Assembly (NCBI GenBank): GCA_965213625.1 | Contig: CBDBZU010000004.1 | Location: 352,001-416,000, forward strand | Direction of reading: 5' to 3' | Length of the DNA: 64,000 nt | Origin: a bacterium | GTDB taxonomy: Bacteria > UBA8248 | Part shown: positions 30,494-41,022 of the stretch, in pieces | Layout of the letters: each line of letters begins with the position of its first letter | Numbering within the stretch: the stretch's first letter is position 1 | Position numbers and translations under genes: made by a program | Notes under the pieces: generated by a model | Seen by the model: only the letters and a program-made list of their open reading frames with translations | Database searches by the model: none | Told to the model about the DNA's origin: nothing

Positions 30494-31489
30494 TTACTTC
30501 ATCAACCCGAAGTAGGCGTTCTCCACCAACTGGGTGTCGATGTGAGCGGTCACGTCGATGCGCTTGGGCAGCTTGCCCTTCTTCACGCTGACGTCCACGC
30601 CGTCCTGCACTTCCTTGATGTCCCTGTGCGTGATCATCGCGCGGTCCCAACGCATGAACCTGTAGAGATTGCTCTTCACCTTCTTGAGGTCGAAGTCGAA
30701 GCCCTGGCTCTTCCAGAACTCCTGCACTATCTTCGTGGACTCATCGCGGTTGCGGTTCAGGAAACGCATCGCGCGAACGTGCGCGTTCATGAAGCGCTGC
30801 GCGCCGTCGGGGTTTTTCTTCTTGATGTAAGACCACGAACTCGTCAGGAATACCGGAGAAGTGTAGCCTAGCAGTTCGTCGTATTCCTTCGGTCCCATGA
30901 CCATCCGGCCCAGGCCCTTGTCGACGATAATCGAACCCCAGGGCTCCCATGTCAGACCCGCATCCAGCGCGCCGGTCTCGAAGGCGGCGGGAAGCGAACC
31001 GGTTTTCGTGTTGCGGATCTTGAAGTCCTTGTCCGACATGCCGAGGCGCGAGAGATACGTCATCCAGGTGGCCCAGGTGCCGGTGCCCATCTGCGCGCCC
31101 ACGGTCTTGCCCTTGAGGTCTTTTATCGACTTCGTGGTCTTGTCCTTCACGGGCACGAGCACCATGTTCTGGTTCCCGTAGCGGTTGAGCGCGATGCCCA
31201 CGACGTCCAGTCCGCGCGCCGCGATTTGACCCACGCGGGAGCCGCGCGTGCTAATGATGTCGGCGGTGCCGCCGATGAGCGCGTCAATCAGCGCGCGGGG
31301 GCTCGTGACCCGGCGCTTCACGTTGACCCCCTCGGCTTTGTAATAGCCTTTCTTTTCAGCGATGTAGGGGATAGCCGCGTGCGAGGTGTTGTCGTGAATC
31401 AAGTTGATGACGCCTTTCGCGGCCAGCGCACTCGTAGCCATACTCAATACGACGAACGTTGCGATTAAAACCAGGCCGAACCTTTTCAT
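30494..31489 (-). CDS. NitT/TauT (SsuA/THI5-like) ABC substrate-binding protein
   Basis: Signal peptide, IAEKKGYY, DLKGKTVG, TWEPW. Confidence 0.9.
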   Translation of the reverse strand: MKRFGLVLIATFVVLSMATSALAAKGVINLIHDNTSHAAIPYIAEKKGYYKAEGVNVKRRVTSPRALIDALIGGTADIISTRGSRVGQIAARGLDVVGIALNRYGNQNMVLVPVKDKTTKSIKDLKGKTVGAQMGTGTWATWMTYLSRLGMSDKDFKIRNTKTGSLPAAFETGALDAGLTWEPWGSIIVDKGLGRMVMGPKEYDELLGYTSPVFLTSSWSYIKKKNPDGAQRFMNAHVRAMRFLNRNRDESTKIVQEFWKSQGFDFDLKKVKSNLYRFMRWDRAMITHRDIKEVQDGVDVSVKKGKLPKRIDVTAHIDTQLVENAYFGLMK

Positions 31490-31575
31490 CTTATCTTCCT
31501 CCACGTTTGAGAGAACCAGTTGCCTCAACTACGTTAACCAAAGATAAAACGATCGGAACCGGCGAGGAGCGCCTT

Positions 31576-31938
31576 TCACTCTCTCGCCGGGTGAAAAATG
31601 GCCAGAAGCTTTACGTTTTTTTCCCCTCCCGTCATGCTGCGGTGCATCGTCTTGCGGGGCAGGAAAATACAGTCGCCGCCCCGAAACTCGATGCTCCTGT
31701 CCTCCAACTCGTATCGACCCTCGCCTTCGATAATGTAGATGAGTTCGTCTTCTTCGTGATCGTGCCAGTCATGCGTCTCGCCGGGACGGAACACCGTAAG
31801 CCAGGCATCGACGTCCCAGCCGTGGTCCTCCCGCGAAGTCATCCGCCAGGCTTGCGCACCACCGTCGAGCACCTTGTGCTTCCGGGTTTCTGGCCGTATC
31901 AGACAGGCTTTCCGTTCGCCCAATTCCCATCTCTCCAA
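31576..31938 (-). CDS. Cupin domain protein
   Basis: WHDHEEDELIYIIEG...LPRKTMH. Confidence 0.85.
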   Translation of the reverse strand: MERWELGERKACLIRPETRKHKVLDGGAQAWRMTSREDHGWDVDAWLTVFRPGETHDWHDHEEDELIYIIEGEGRYELEDRSIEFRGGDCIFLPRKTMHRSMTGGEKNVKLLAIFHPARE

Positions 31939-32098
31939 ACACTTGTCCCGAGCGCGAGATGAAACCGCCGTATATGAAATTTGAATGATATACAGAAATG
32001 CTATGCGCTTTTGCCACTAATGTCAATCGAGTGGAGGTGGTTGGCGATCACGGAGCCATGTAAGGACGTAGCCCGAAACGTAGGGGGAACTCCTATCC

Positions 32099-33583
32099 TC
32101 AGGTCTTCTTCGCCTTGCGTCCTCTGCGGAAGATTCCGTCATAGAAGGTGAACACGGAGACAAACATCAGAAGGGTGCCGATGGGGCTCGTGAGGAAATA
32201 CCACACCGGCTTGTTCTCGAAGGTGATGAGCGCGCGGCGCAGGTTCTCGTCCGCCAGCGACCCCAGGATGACGGCCAGCACCATGGGCGCCAGCGGGAGG
32301 CCCAAGCTCCTGAGCGCGTAGCCGACGAAGCCTGCGGCCAGCATCACGTAGACGTCGAACATGCTCAGGCGCACCGCGTACGCCCCCAGGATGCAGATGG
32401 GGATGATGATGGGCATCAGCAGGGTGCGCGGCAGGCTGTAGAGCTTGACGGCGGGCTTCACCAGCAGGAGGCCGAACACGTACATCAGGAAGTTCGCCAC
32501 GATGAGCGCACCGTAGATGAAGTAGACGAGCCCCGGGTTTTCGATGTTGATGGTGGGGCCCATCACCACGTGCTTGAGTTCCAGGGCCGCCATGAAGGCG
32601 GCAGCGGGCGGGCTGCCCGGAATCCCCAGCGTGAGCGTGGGGAGGATGGTGCCGCCGATGCACGCGTTGTTCGCCACCTCCCCGCACACGATACCCTCGT
32701 AGCTCCCCTTGCCGAATTTTTCGCGCTCCTCCGGGCTGGCGCGGCGCTTGCCAACGTCGTAGGCCACGAAGGCGGCGATGTTCCCCCCCGCGCCGGGTAT
32801 GGCGCCTATCACCGTGCCGATGATGCCCGAGCGCACCGAGGCGCGCGCATAACGCCACAGCATGGAGAAGGGGGGCACCACGCGGTCCACTTTTTCGGGG
32901 ATCACGGGTGGCTCCTTCTGGGGCAGCACCCAGAGCACCTCGGTCAGGCCGAAGAAGCCGATGATGACCGGGATATAGCTGATGCCGTCTTCGAGCAGCA
33001 CGTTCCCGAAGGTGAAGCGCGGTACGCCGTAGATGTTGTCGAGACCCACGAAAGCGATGAGCAGCCCCAGCCAGCCGGATATCCAGCCCTTGATGGGCGC
33101 TTCGCCCGAGGTGAGCGTGCCGCAGATGGCGATCCCCCAAAGGGCCAGCAGGAACATCTCCCAGGAGCGGAACTGCAGGGCGATGAGCAGGATGAGGGGT
33201 ATGAACGCCACCAGGATCAGAATGCCCACCCAGTTGCCGAGAAAAGACGCCACGAGCGCTGTGCCGAGCGCCTGTCCACCCTCTCCTCTCTGGGCGAGTT
33301 GGTGGCCCTCGATCATGGTGGGAACGGCCGCGGGCGTGCCGGGAATGTTGATGAGCACCGCGGTAATCGAACCGCCGAAGACGCTCGCCGTATAAACGCC
33401 CAAAAGAAACATGATGGCCACGTCCTGGCTCATCTGGGTGGAGAGACCGATCAAGAGCACCATGGACATGGTCGTCGAGATGCCCGGCATCGACCCCCAG
33501 AGCAGTCCCAGTACGGTGCCCAGGATGCAGAAGAACACCAGATACGGGTTCAGGGCGTGGATGAGTTGATCGATGAAAAACAC
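32099..33583 (-). CDS. tctA: Tripartite tricarboxylate transporter permease (second system)
   Basis: GSMPGI, NIPGTPAA, EVANNA, TLTLGIPGS. Confidence 0.95.
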   Translation of the reverse strand: MFFIDQLIHALNPYLVFFCILGTVLGLLWGSMPGISTTMSMVLLIGLSTQMSQDVAIMFLLGVYTASVFGGSITAVLINIPGTPAAVPTMIEGHQLAQRGEGGQALGTALVASFLGNWVGILILVAFIPLILLIALQFRSWEMFLLALWGIAICGTLTSGEAPIKGWISGWLGLLIAFVGLDNIYGVPRFTFGNVLLEDGISYIPVIIGFFGLTEVLWVLPQKEPPVIPEKVDRVVPPFSMLWRYARASVRSGIIGTVIGAIPGAGGNIAAFVAYDVGKRRASPEEREKFGKGSYEGIVCGEVANNACIGGTILPTLTLGIPGSPPAAAFMAALELKHVVMGPTINIENPGLVYFIYGALIVANFLMYVFGLLLVKPAVKLYSLPRTLLMPIIIPICILGAYAVRLSMFDVYVMLAAGFVGYALRSLGLPLAPMVLAVILGSLADENLRRALITFENKPVWYFLTSPIGTLLMFVSVFTFYDGIFRRGRKAKKT

Positions 33584-33586
33584 GGC

Positions 33587-34219
33587 CTACCCCGAACCCG
33601 GCAGCGGAATGCGGAAGCCGTAGCGAAACGCGGCGGCCAGAACCAGCGTCGATATCGCGGATACGATAAGGCACTGCGTAAAGGACTTCGGCCAGAAGAT
33701 GCGCAGCACGATCGCCAGCATTGGAATGGTCACGGCCTCGAAGCTGCTGAATCCGAGCCGAAAACCTCCAATCATCAACGGGATCGTAACGATGAACGTC
33801 ACCCAGTCGAGGAGCACCACGTAAACGACCACCAGGCCCATCAGGATGAGCGCCCACTGGTTCTCGTAATCGGCGAAATACCTCCCCAGCAATTCCGCCG
33901 GGGAGAGGTTCAGCTCCGACCCGCCGCCTTGTTTGAGCGCGCCGAATCCCAAACCGATGGACATGGCCAGCAGACTCAAGCCCGTAAGGATGGGCATGAA
34001 GCCAGGAGCGGTGAAGATGTTCTTCTCGGGATTGGGCATGAGCAGCCCGAGGATAATAGCGAGAATCGCGACAACGGCCACAAGGGTCGCCATCGCCAGG
34101 TCCCTGCCTGGAGTGACGACGGCTCCCCCTTCCTCGGAAAGCAGATTCGAGGCGGCAGTGTCTTCGGGTTCATCCGCAGGCGGATGCGTCTTGCGATCAT
34201 CGTCGTTCGAGGAAACCAT
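33587..34219 (-). CDS. TctB-like small membrane subunit
   Basis: APGFMP, multi-TM, ends FRIPLP; lies between tctC and tctA. Confidence 0.75.
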   Translation of the reverse strand: MVSSNDDDRKTHPPADEPEDTAASNLLSEEGGAVVTPGRDLAMATLVAVVAILAIILGLLMPNPEKNIFTAPGFMPILTGLSLLAMSIGLGFGALKQGGGSELNLSPAELLGRYFADYENQWALILMGLVVVYVVLLDWVTFIVTIPLMIGGFRLGFSSFEAVTIPMLAIVLRIFWPKSFTQCLIVSAISTLVLAAAFRYGFRIPLPGSG

Positions 34220-34329
34220 GCAACTCTCTCGGCATAGAACAAAATCAATGAATACGGCCTCCCCGAGCGGGCCGCCTCGTCTCCAAGGCAGCCCGCTCGG
34301 GGCAGGCATTGCGCGATGAGCCGTCTAGC

Positions 34330-35475
34330 TCATATGCGAGGCTTGTAGCCCTTCGGCGGCCACCAGGCGTCGAAATCTTTGGGTTCGGGAAGCCCGAGTT
34401 CCTTGGGTCCGCGCACCTTTTTGCCGATGTGCTTCTGCAGCTTGAGCAGCGTCGCAGCGCTCAGGCACTCGAGCTGCGCGGCCCGGCGATCGGCTGCCTC
34501 CCCCACGCGGACGTCGATCTGGAAGTACTTGCGCGTGGCGATTTTCCCGAAGGCCTCGGACTTCGCAGCCGCAGTCCAGACCGGCTTGATCTTGTTGAGC
34601 ACGTCGACGGGCGTCTCCCGCCTCAGGGCGATGCTGTACATCCCGCCCATCGGCAACAGGGCCTTGAGCGCGGGTATGTAGTTGGCGATGTTGAGCGCCT
34701 TGCCGTAGCCCGGGATGTCCAGATCCTTCGGCCCCGTGTGCATGAGGTTTCTGAGTTTACCGGCGCGCAGGAACTCGACGTGCTCGTGCACGCCGCCGCC
34801 TGCGATGTCCACCTCGCCCTGTAAGCCCGCGACGGTTGCGGGTTTTCCGCCCTTGTAGGGCACGAAGCGCAATTCGATGCCCGCTGCGTCCGCGACGGTG
34901 GCGCCCACCTCGTGCCAGATGCTGCCCACGCCCGAAGTCGAGATGGTGAGCTTGCCGGATTTTTTCTTGGCAGCTGCGACCACATCGTTAAAGGTCTTGA
35001 AGGGCGAGTCGGGCCGCACCGACCAGCTCGCGAGCGAAGCAGCCGCCGCAAAGTGCTGCCAGTCCACCCACGCCGCCGAATCCGTGTATCCCATCGGCCT
35101 GACGAACTTGTTGTAGTTCCCGGCGCCCAGCCAGGTGTAGCCGTCGGCCGCCTTGTTGAGCACGTAGCGCGTGGCCACGCCTCCCACGGACCCCGGGCGG
35201 TTGATGACGTTGACGGGCCAGCCGGTAGTACGGGCCATCTCGCCGCACAGGGTGCGGATGACGGTGTCCGTGCCGCCGCCCGCGGCGTACATCACCACTC
35301 CCGTGATGGGGCGCGCGGGCCAGTTCGCGGCGTCCGCCTTTCTGGACGTGAACACCATCGGCGCCACCGCCGCGGCGCCTGCGACCCCAAGGGTCCGGAT
35401 GAAGCTCCTGCGCGTCAGATCGGACGATTCGGGAATGATGATTTGGGGATGCTCATGAGACTCCTGCTTGGACAT
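34330..35475 (-). CDS. tctC: Tripartite tricarboxylate transporter substrate-binding protein with Tat signal
   Basis: TRRSFI twin-arginine; WPARPI, YAAGGGTD, ADGYT, VPYKGG. Confidence 0.9.
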   Translation of the reverse strand: MSKQESHEHPQIIIPESSDLTRRSFIRTLGVAGAAAVAPMVFTSRKADAANWPARPITGVVMYAAGGGTDTVIRTLCGEMARTTGWPVNVINRPGSVGGVATRYVLNKAADGYTWLGAGNYNKFVRPMGYTDSAAWVDWQHFAAAASLASWSVRPDSPFKTFNDVVAAAKKKSGKLTISTSGVGSIWHEVGATVADAAGIELRFVPYKGGKPATVAGLQGEVDIAGGGVHEHVEFLRAGKLRNLMHTGPKDLDIPGYGKALNIANYIPALKALLPMGGMYSIALRRETPVDVLNKIKPVWTAAAKSEAFGKIATRKYFQIDVRVGEAADRRAAQLECLSAATLLKLQKHIGKKVRGPKELGLPEPKDFDAWWPPKGYKPRI

Positions 35476-35819
35476 GATGCTCTCCTCTTTGTAGAAAAAA
35501 AACGACCGCTCCAGAGCAAACGGCGGCCAACCACAAACCCGTCTGGCTTTCGTTACACCCAGAATCTCTTCATACTTTTTTTGACTGGATTCGATCCTAG
35601 CACGAAATACGGATGACGCCAAATTTCCATTGGAGACTCGCCCAAAACCCGCCTTTCGCACGCTGCGGTTTCGTGTAGAATCACACTGTTTCGGGGGACC
35701 AGGCGAAATCGTTCATCCAATCGTAACGCGCGCAACACCTAATCGTAATCCGGCTGTGATAAAATACCACGAACGTGAAAAATAGATGAATCCCACATCA
35801 GCAGAAGGAAACGCGAGAT

Positions 35820-36848
35820 ATGAAGCTAGGCGTATTGACGGGGGGCGGAGACTGCCCCGGCCTGAACGCGGTCATCCGCGCGGTGACGGCTTCGAATTTC
35901 CATCGCGGGAGTCATACGCTGGGTATTCGCCGGGGCTGGCGCGGCCTGGTGGACGGTGATTTCGTCGAAATCACGGGCCCGATGATCTCCGGCATCCTCG
36001 ACAAGGGGGGCACCATTCTGGGTTCCTCCAGGACGAACCCCACCAAAGACGCGGCCATGCTCGAGAAGCTCAAGGAAAACTGGCGCGCCTCGCGCATCGA
36101 CGGCCTCATCGCCATCGGTGGGGATGACACGCTGAGCGTCGCCGCTTTCCTGAGCAAAGAAGGTTACAACGTCATCAGCGTGCCCAAGACAATCGACAAC
36201 GACATCGGCTTCACGGACTACTCGTTCGGCTTTCACACCGCCGTCGGCGTCATCACCGACGCCATCGACCGCCTGCGCACCACGGCGGAGGCCCACGACC
36301 GCGTCATCATCCTGGAGGTCATGGGACGCCACTCGGGCTGGCTCGCCACCTACGCGGGCATCGCCGGAGGGGCCGACCTCATCCTCGTGCCCGAGCGGCC
36401 CTTCAACATCGAAGAAGTCGTCGAGGTGCTCAAGGCGCGCTTCGCGCGCGGGCGCAACTTCGCCAACGTGGTCGTGGCGGAGGGCGCGAAGCCCGAGGGA
36501 ATAGAGAACTACATCACGCGCAGCCAGGCGGTGGACGAGTTCGGGCACGTGCAACTCGGCGGCGTCGGCGAATTTCTCGCCAATGAGGTCGGGGACCGGA
36601 TGAACGTGGATACGCGCGCCGTCATCCTGGGGCACATCCAGCGCGGCGGCTCCCCCGTGCCCTACGACAGGGTGCTGGCGACGCGCCTGGGCGTGCGCGC
36701 GAGCGAACTCGCCCACGAGGGAACCTGGGGCGTGATGGCGGCGCTGCAGGGGCGCGACGTCAACCCCGTGCCGCTCGAAGACGTCCTCGGCAAGGTGAAC
36801 ACCCTGCGGGAAGACTTCTTCGACGCCGCGGAATTGTTCTTCGGATAG
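35820..36848 (+). CDS. pfkA: 6-phosphofructokinase, probably PPi-dependent
   Basis: TGGGDCPGLN, GGTILGSSR, GGDDT, PKTIDND, EVMGR, LGHIQRGG. Confidence 0.93.
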   Translation: MKLGVLTGGGDCPGLNAVIRAVTASNFHRGSHTLGIRRGWRGLVDGDFVEITGPMISGILDKGGTILGSSRTNPTKDAAMLEKLKENWRASRIDGLIAIGGDDTLSVAAFLSKEGYNVISVPKTIDNDIGFTDYSFGFHTAVGVITDAIDRLRTTAEAHDRVIILEVMGRHSGWLATYAGIAGGADLILVPERPFNIEEVVEVLKARFARGRNFANVVVAEGAKPEGIENYITRSQAVDEFGHVQLGGVGEFLANEVGDRMNVDTRAVILGHIQRGGSPVPYDRVLATRLGVRASELAHEGTWGVMAALQGRDVNPVPLEDVLGKVNTLREDFFDAAELFFG

Positions 36849-36917
36849 AATTCCGCGCACCTCGGAGCGCCCGTTCTCATCGGGCCTCCGCCGCGCTCTC
36901 CCAAGCCATCGGTTGAA

Positions 36918-38609
36918 TCAGAAAACCGGCGTTTCCCGGTAGGTTCCCCAGACCGACTTCAGTTTCTCGGTGATTTCTCCCATTGTCGCGCCCTCGCGCA
37001 CGAGTTCAATGGTTGTGGGCATGATGTTACGCGTTTCGTCCTTAGCGTCCGAGACGAGTTCCTCCAGAAGCATCTCCACCCTGGCGTTGTCGCGCTCCTC
37101 GCGCACCCTTTTCGTCCGCGCAATCTGCCGATCGGCGGTCGAGTAATCATAGGGATGGGTCTCAATCTCCTGGTTTTCGTCTTCCTCGACCATGGTGTTG
37201 ACCCCGATGACCGGCTTCTCGCCGGATTGCTTGCGCAAGGCGGTCTCATAAGCGAAGTCGGCGATCTGCTTCTGGAACCAGCCTTCCTCGATCAATTTGA
37301 CCGTGCCGCCGTTTTCATCCACATAGTCGAGAATCTCGAAAATGCGCTTCTCGAACTCGTTGGTCAGGCTCTCGAGGTAGTAGGAGCCGCCCACCGGATC
37401 GATGACGTTGGTGACGTTTGTTTCCTCTGCAATTACCTGCTGCGTGCGCAAAGCCATCCGCATGGCGTCCTCGGTCGGGATCGCGAACGCTTCGTCATAA
37501 CCGTTGGTGTGTAGCGACTGGCAACCGCCGAGGACTGCGGCGAGGGCCTGGAACGCCGTGCGCACGATGTTGATCCGGAATTGCGGCTTGGTGAGGGTCG
37601 CGGCCGCTGTCTGGCAGTGGAAACGAAGCCGCATCGATTCGGGGTTCTTTGCGCCGAAGCGCTCTTTCATGATCCTGGCGTAACAGCGGCGCAGCGCCCG
37701 GAACTTGGCGATCTCCTCGAACAGGTCCGCTTGCGAGACGTAGAAGAAAGCCAGCCTCGGCGCGAATTCGTCGACGCTCATGCCGGTCTTCAGCACCTCC
37801 TCCACGTAGACGATCAGGTTGGCCATGGTGAAGGCGGCCTCCTGCAAGGGCGAGGCGCCGGCTTCGGAGATGTGATAACCCGAGATGTTGATCGGGTTGT
37901 AGCGCTTCATGTTGCGGCCGCAGAAGGATATGCAATCACGCACGATGCGGACCGACGGCGCGATGGGATAGATGAACTCCTTCTGCGCCATATACTCTTT
38001 CAGTATGTCCGCCTGGATGGTTCCCGAAAGCCTGTTCAGGTCGAGACCGCGCTTCTCGGCCAGCGCCACATACATGGCGAGCAGGATCCAGGCGCTCGGG
38101 TTGATGGTCATCGACACGGATATGTTCTCGAGATCGATGCCGTCGTACAGCGCCTCCATGTCGGCGAGTGTATCCACGGCCACGCCTTCGCGGCCCACCT
38201 CGCCCTCGCTCATCGGATGGTCGGAGTCGTAGCCCATGAGCGTGGGCATGTCGAAGTCGGTCGAAAGTCCCGTCTGTCCCTGTGAGATCAGGTATTTGAA
38301 GCGTTCGTTGGTGTCTTCGCCGGTGCCGAAACCGGCGATCTGGCGCATGGTCCACACCCGGCTGCGGTACATCGTCGGGTAGGGCCCGCGCGTAAAGGGA
38401 TAGCGCCCCGGCAGACCGATATCCTCGAGTGGCGTTTCATCGATATCGGCGGCGGTATAGACGCGCTGCACCGGAAAATCGCCGGTTGTGAAGAATTGCT
38501 CCTTGCGCTCGGCTTGTTTATTCAGGAAGGTGGCTACCTCGTTGCTCTCCCAACCCTCGATCTCGCTCCGGAGCTTCTCAAGCGAATCTGGAGTGAACAT
38601 CTCGTTCAT
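36918..38609 (-). CDS. hcmA: 2-hydroxyisobutyryl-CoA mutase large subunit
   Basis: Acyl-CoA mutase barrel with RQIAGFG (Ile rather than MCM Tyr or ICM Phe) and STDFD; closely resembles Aquincola HcmA as recalled. Confidence 0.9.
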   Translation of the reverse strand: MNEMFTPDSLEKLRSEIEGWESNEVATFLNKQAERKEQFFTTGDFPVQRVYTAADIDETPLEDIGLPGRYPFTRGPYPTMYRSRVWTMRQIAGFGTGEDTNERFKYLISQGQTGLSTDFDMPTLMGYDSDHPMSEGEVGREGVAVDTLADMEALYDGIDLENISVSMTINPSAWILLAMYVALAEKRGLDLNRLSGTIQADILKEYMAQKEFIYPIAPSVRIVRDCISFCGRNMKRYNPINISGYHISEAGASPLQEAAFTMANLIVYVEEVLKTGMSVDEFAPRLAFFYVSQADLFEEIAKFRALRRCYARIMKERFGAKNPESMRLRFHCQTAAATLTKPQFRINIVRTAFQALAAVLGGCQSLHTNGYDEAFAIPTEDAMRMALRTQQVIAEETNVTNVIDPVGGSYYLESLTNEFEKRIFEILDYVDENGGTVKLIEEGWFQKQIADFAYETALRKQSGEKPVIGVNTMVEEDENQEIETHPYDYSTADRQIARTKRVREERDNARVEMLLEELVSDAKDETRNIMPTTIELVREGATMGEITEKLKSVWGTYRETPVF

Positions 38610-39582
38610 GGTCTCCCTCTCTTTCGAGCGTCGTCGAGAGCAACTCTTCCGCCAGTGAATAGGGGTCGCTCTCCCGGCGCATGAGCTGTTCGGCGAGTTT
38701 CGCGCTCGCCGCAGCCCTAGCAGCGTTGAATCGATCATACAATAGATTTTCGGCGGTCTTGCGCAGCCGGAATTCGGCGATGCTTTTGCGACGCGCCAGG
38801 CCCGCATCCGTATCCGAGGCCAGGTCGCGGTGCCGGGCGACCGCCTCCAGCAGCTCGTCGATTCCTTCTCCGGTAACGGAGCTTGTGCCAATCACGGGGG
38901 CAGCCCAGTCGGATGGGTCGCGCCCGTGGACTCCCAGCGTCAGCATTTGCTTCAAATCCGTCAGCGTCCGATTGGCGTCGCTGCGGTCGCATTTAGAAAC
39001 GACATGGATGTCGGCGATCTCCAGGAGGCCCGCCTTGATCGCCTGGACCTCGTCGCCAAGGCCGGGCGCGGAAACCACCACCGTGGTGTGGGAAGCCCGC
39101 ACGATCTCGACCTCGTCCTGGCCCACGCCGACGGTTTCCAGAATGATGACCCCGAAACCGGCGGCATCGAGAATATCGACCGCCTCGAGAGCCGCGCGCG
39201 CCATGCCGCCGGTCGCCCCGTGCGTTGCCATGCTGCGGATATATATGCCGGAGTCTGCGCTCAAGTCGCTCATGCGAATGCGGTCCCCCAGGATGGAACC
39301 GCCGGAATACGGAGAAGATGGATCAATCGCGATGATGCCGACCATCTCGCCGCCGGCGCGCAGTCTTTGCGCAAGCCCGCTGACGAGTGTGGATTTTCCG
39401 CTGCCGGGCACCCCGGTCATGCCGACGACGTGCGCTCGTCCGGCGAGTTTGTGAATCCGGGCGAGTGCGTCACGCGCTTCCGCCAGGCCCGACTCCGCGC
39501 GCGATATGAGGCGGCCGATCGCGGCCGGCTCGCCTGCTTGAACGCGGGCGATGAGTTCCACGGAAGGGACATAGGCTCCCAT
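38578..39582 (-). CDS. meaB: MeaB-family (MeaH) G-protein chaperone for B12 mutase
   Basis: GVPGSGKST, DPSSPYSGGSILGDRIRM, ETVGVGQ, SKCD. Confidence 0.95.
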   Translation of the reverse strand: MGAYVPSVELIARVQAGEPAAIGRLISRAESGLAEARDALARIHKLAGRAHVVGMTGVPGSGKSTLVSGLAQRLRAGGEMVGIIAIDPSSPYSGGSILGDRIRMSDLSADSGIYIRSMATHGATGGMARAALEAVDILDAAGFGVIILETVGVGQDEVEIVRASHTTVVVSAPGLGDEVQAIKAGLLEIADIHVVSKCDRSDANRTLTDLKQMLTLGVHGRDPSDWAAPVIGTSSVTGEGIDELLEAVARHRDLASDTDAGLARRKSIAEFRLRKTAENLLYDRFNAARAAASAKLAEQLMRRESDPYSLAEELLSTTLEREGDHERDVHSRFA

Positions 39583-41012
39583 CAGCGGTTTTCTTCATCC
39601 AGTTGTGTTTGCATCTCCTGGAAGACGGCCCTGTCGTCGATAACGCGGCGCGCCTTGAAATCCGTTCGGGGGATCGAGCCCGGCTCGACGATCTCAACAC
39701 CCGTCCGCAGCCCGAGCACCATCTGCAATTTATGCGCCACCTCGGTGCAGAACCGCGCGGCACCCTCGGGGTCGGCGAAGGTATCGGGGTCGGACTCGAC
39801 GCGCAACAGTAACTCGTCCATCGCCGCCTCGCGGCTGATTACGATCCGGTGCTCCCCGCCATAGTGCGCAAGTTCGTTGAGCGCGGCGTCTATCTCGCTC
39901 GGATAAACGTTCTCGCCGCGGATCGTGAACATGTCGTCGATGCGCCCGAAAATACCGTGCGGCAGGCGCGGATAAGTGCGTCCACACGGGTTCGGTTCGT
40001 CGACCCACCGGGTCAGGTCTCCCGACGCCAGGCGAATCATCGGCTGAGAGGCGCGTTCGAGATGGGTGTACACGGGAGTTCCCCGTTCCCCGTAGGGGAC
40101 CCGGCGCATGGTTTCGGGATCGCACACTTCCGTGTAGACGACGTCCTGCCAGCAGAGCATCCCGTCCGTCTCGGCCGAACTCGCCACGTTCATCCACGGA
40201 CTCATCTCGGCCATGGAGCCGCTGTCGTAAACCCTGGCCCCGTAGAGCTCCTCGATGCGCTCGCGGATGGCCGGGATCGAGGCGCCGGGCTCGCCGGAGA
40301 AGAACATGACTTTGAGCTGCAAGTCGCGAGGGTTCAGGCCCTCGTCTTCCGCGACCTGGGCGAGGTGTAAGGCGTAGGTCGGCGTACCGTAGAAGGCCGT
40401 GGGCTTCAGCATGTCGAGCCATTGCACGCAGCGCGCCGACATGCCGGACGCGCCGGCGCCGAACGGGAAAGCTCTTGCGCCGAGGCGTTCCGCGCCGGCG
40501 AGCGCTCCCCAGCTCCCCATGTAGAGAGAAAATACGGCGGCGACGCAAATCGTATCCCCGGGGCGCAGGCCCATGCCCCACATGATGCGCGCATGCGCGT
40601 TGGCTATGGCGCGCCAGTCGCCCTGCGAGATGGCGAAGGCGGTGGGCCGCCCGGTCGTACCGCTGGTGCCATGGATGTGAAAGACATCGTCTTCGCCCAC
40701 GCAGAGGTAATCGCCAAAGGGCGGATGGCGTTCCTGGGCCTCTCGCAGGTCCTTCTTGGTCAGGACCGGAACCTTCTCCTCGAAGTCTTCGAGCGACTTG
40801 AGCTGGCTCGGGTGAAAACCGGCCTCATCCCATTTGCGGCGATAGAGGGGGGCATGCTCGTAGGCGTAGGCGCAGACCTGGCCGAGACGCTCCAGGATGG
40901 CCTTCTCCCGGTCTCCCGCCGGCATCGTCTCCCGCCGGGGGAACCAGTAGCGGTTGTCCCGAGCCGGCAGAAAGTTCTCGTCGTAAGCGGGTGGGAATGA
41001 CCAGGACTCCAT
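39582..41012 (-). CDS. hcl: PaaK-like CoA ligase, probable 2-hydroxyisobutyrate--CoA ligase
   Basis: TSGTTG, SGEP, GRIDDM, GENVYP; embedded in hcm cluster. Confidence 0.82.
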   Translation of the reverse strand: MESWSFPPAYDENFLPARDNRYWFPRRETMPAGDREKAILERLGQVCAYAYEHAPLYRRKWDEAGFHPSQLKSLEDFEEKVPVLTKKDLREAQERHPPFGDYLCVGEDDVFHIHGTSGTTGRPTAFAISQGDWRAIANAHARIMWGMGLRPGDTICVAAVFSLYMGSWGALAGAERLGARAFPFGAGASGMSARCVQWLDMLKPTAFYGTPTYALHLAQVAEDEGLNPRDLQLKVMFFSGEPGASIPAIRERIEELYGARVYDSGSMAEMSPWMNVASSAETDGMLCWQDVVYTEVCDPETMRRVPYGERGTPVYTHLERASQPMIRLASGDLTRWVDEPNPCGRTYPRLPHGIFGRIDDMFTIRGENVYPSEIDAALNELAHYGGEHRIVISREAAMDELLLRVESDPDTFADPEGAARFCTEVAHKLQMVLGLRTGVEIVEPGSIPRTDFKARRVIDDRAVFQEMQTQLDEENR

Positions 41013-41022
41013 GGATGTCGGC

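Noticed and set aside
36918-38609. Methylmalonyl-CoA or isobutyryl-CoA mutase call
   Set aside because: Specificity residue is Ile (RQIAG), not Tyr or Phe, and a CoA ligase is embedded in the cluster
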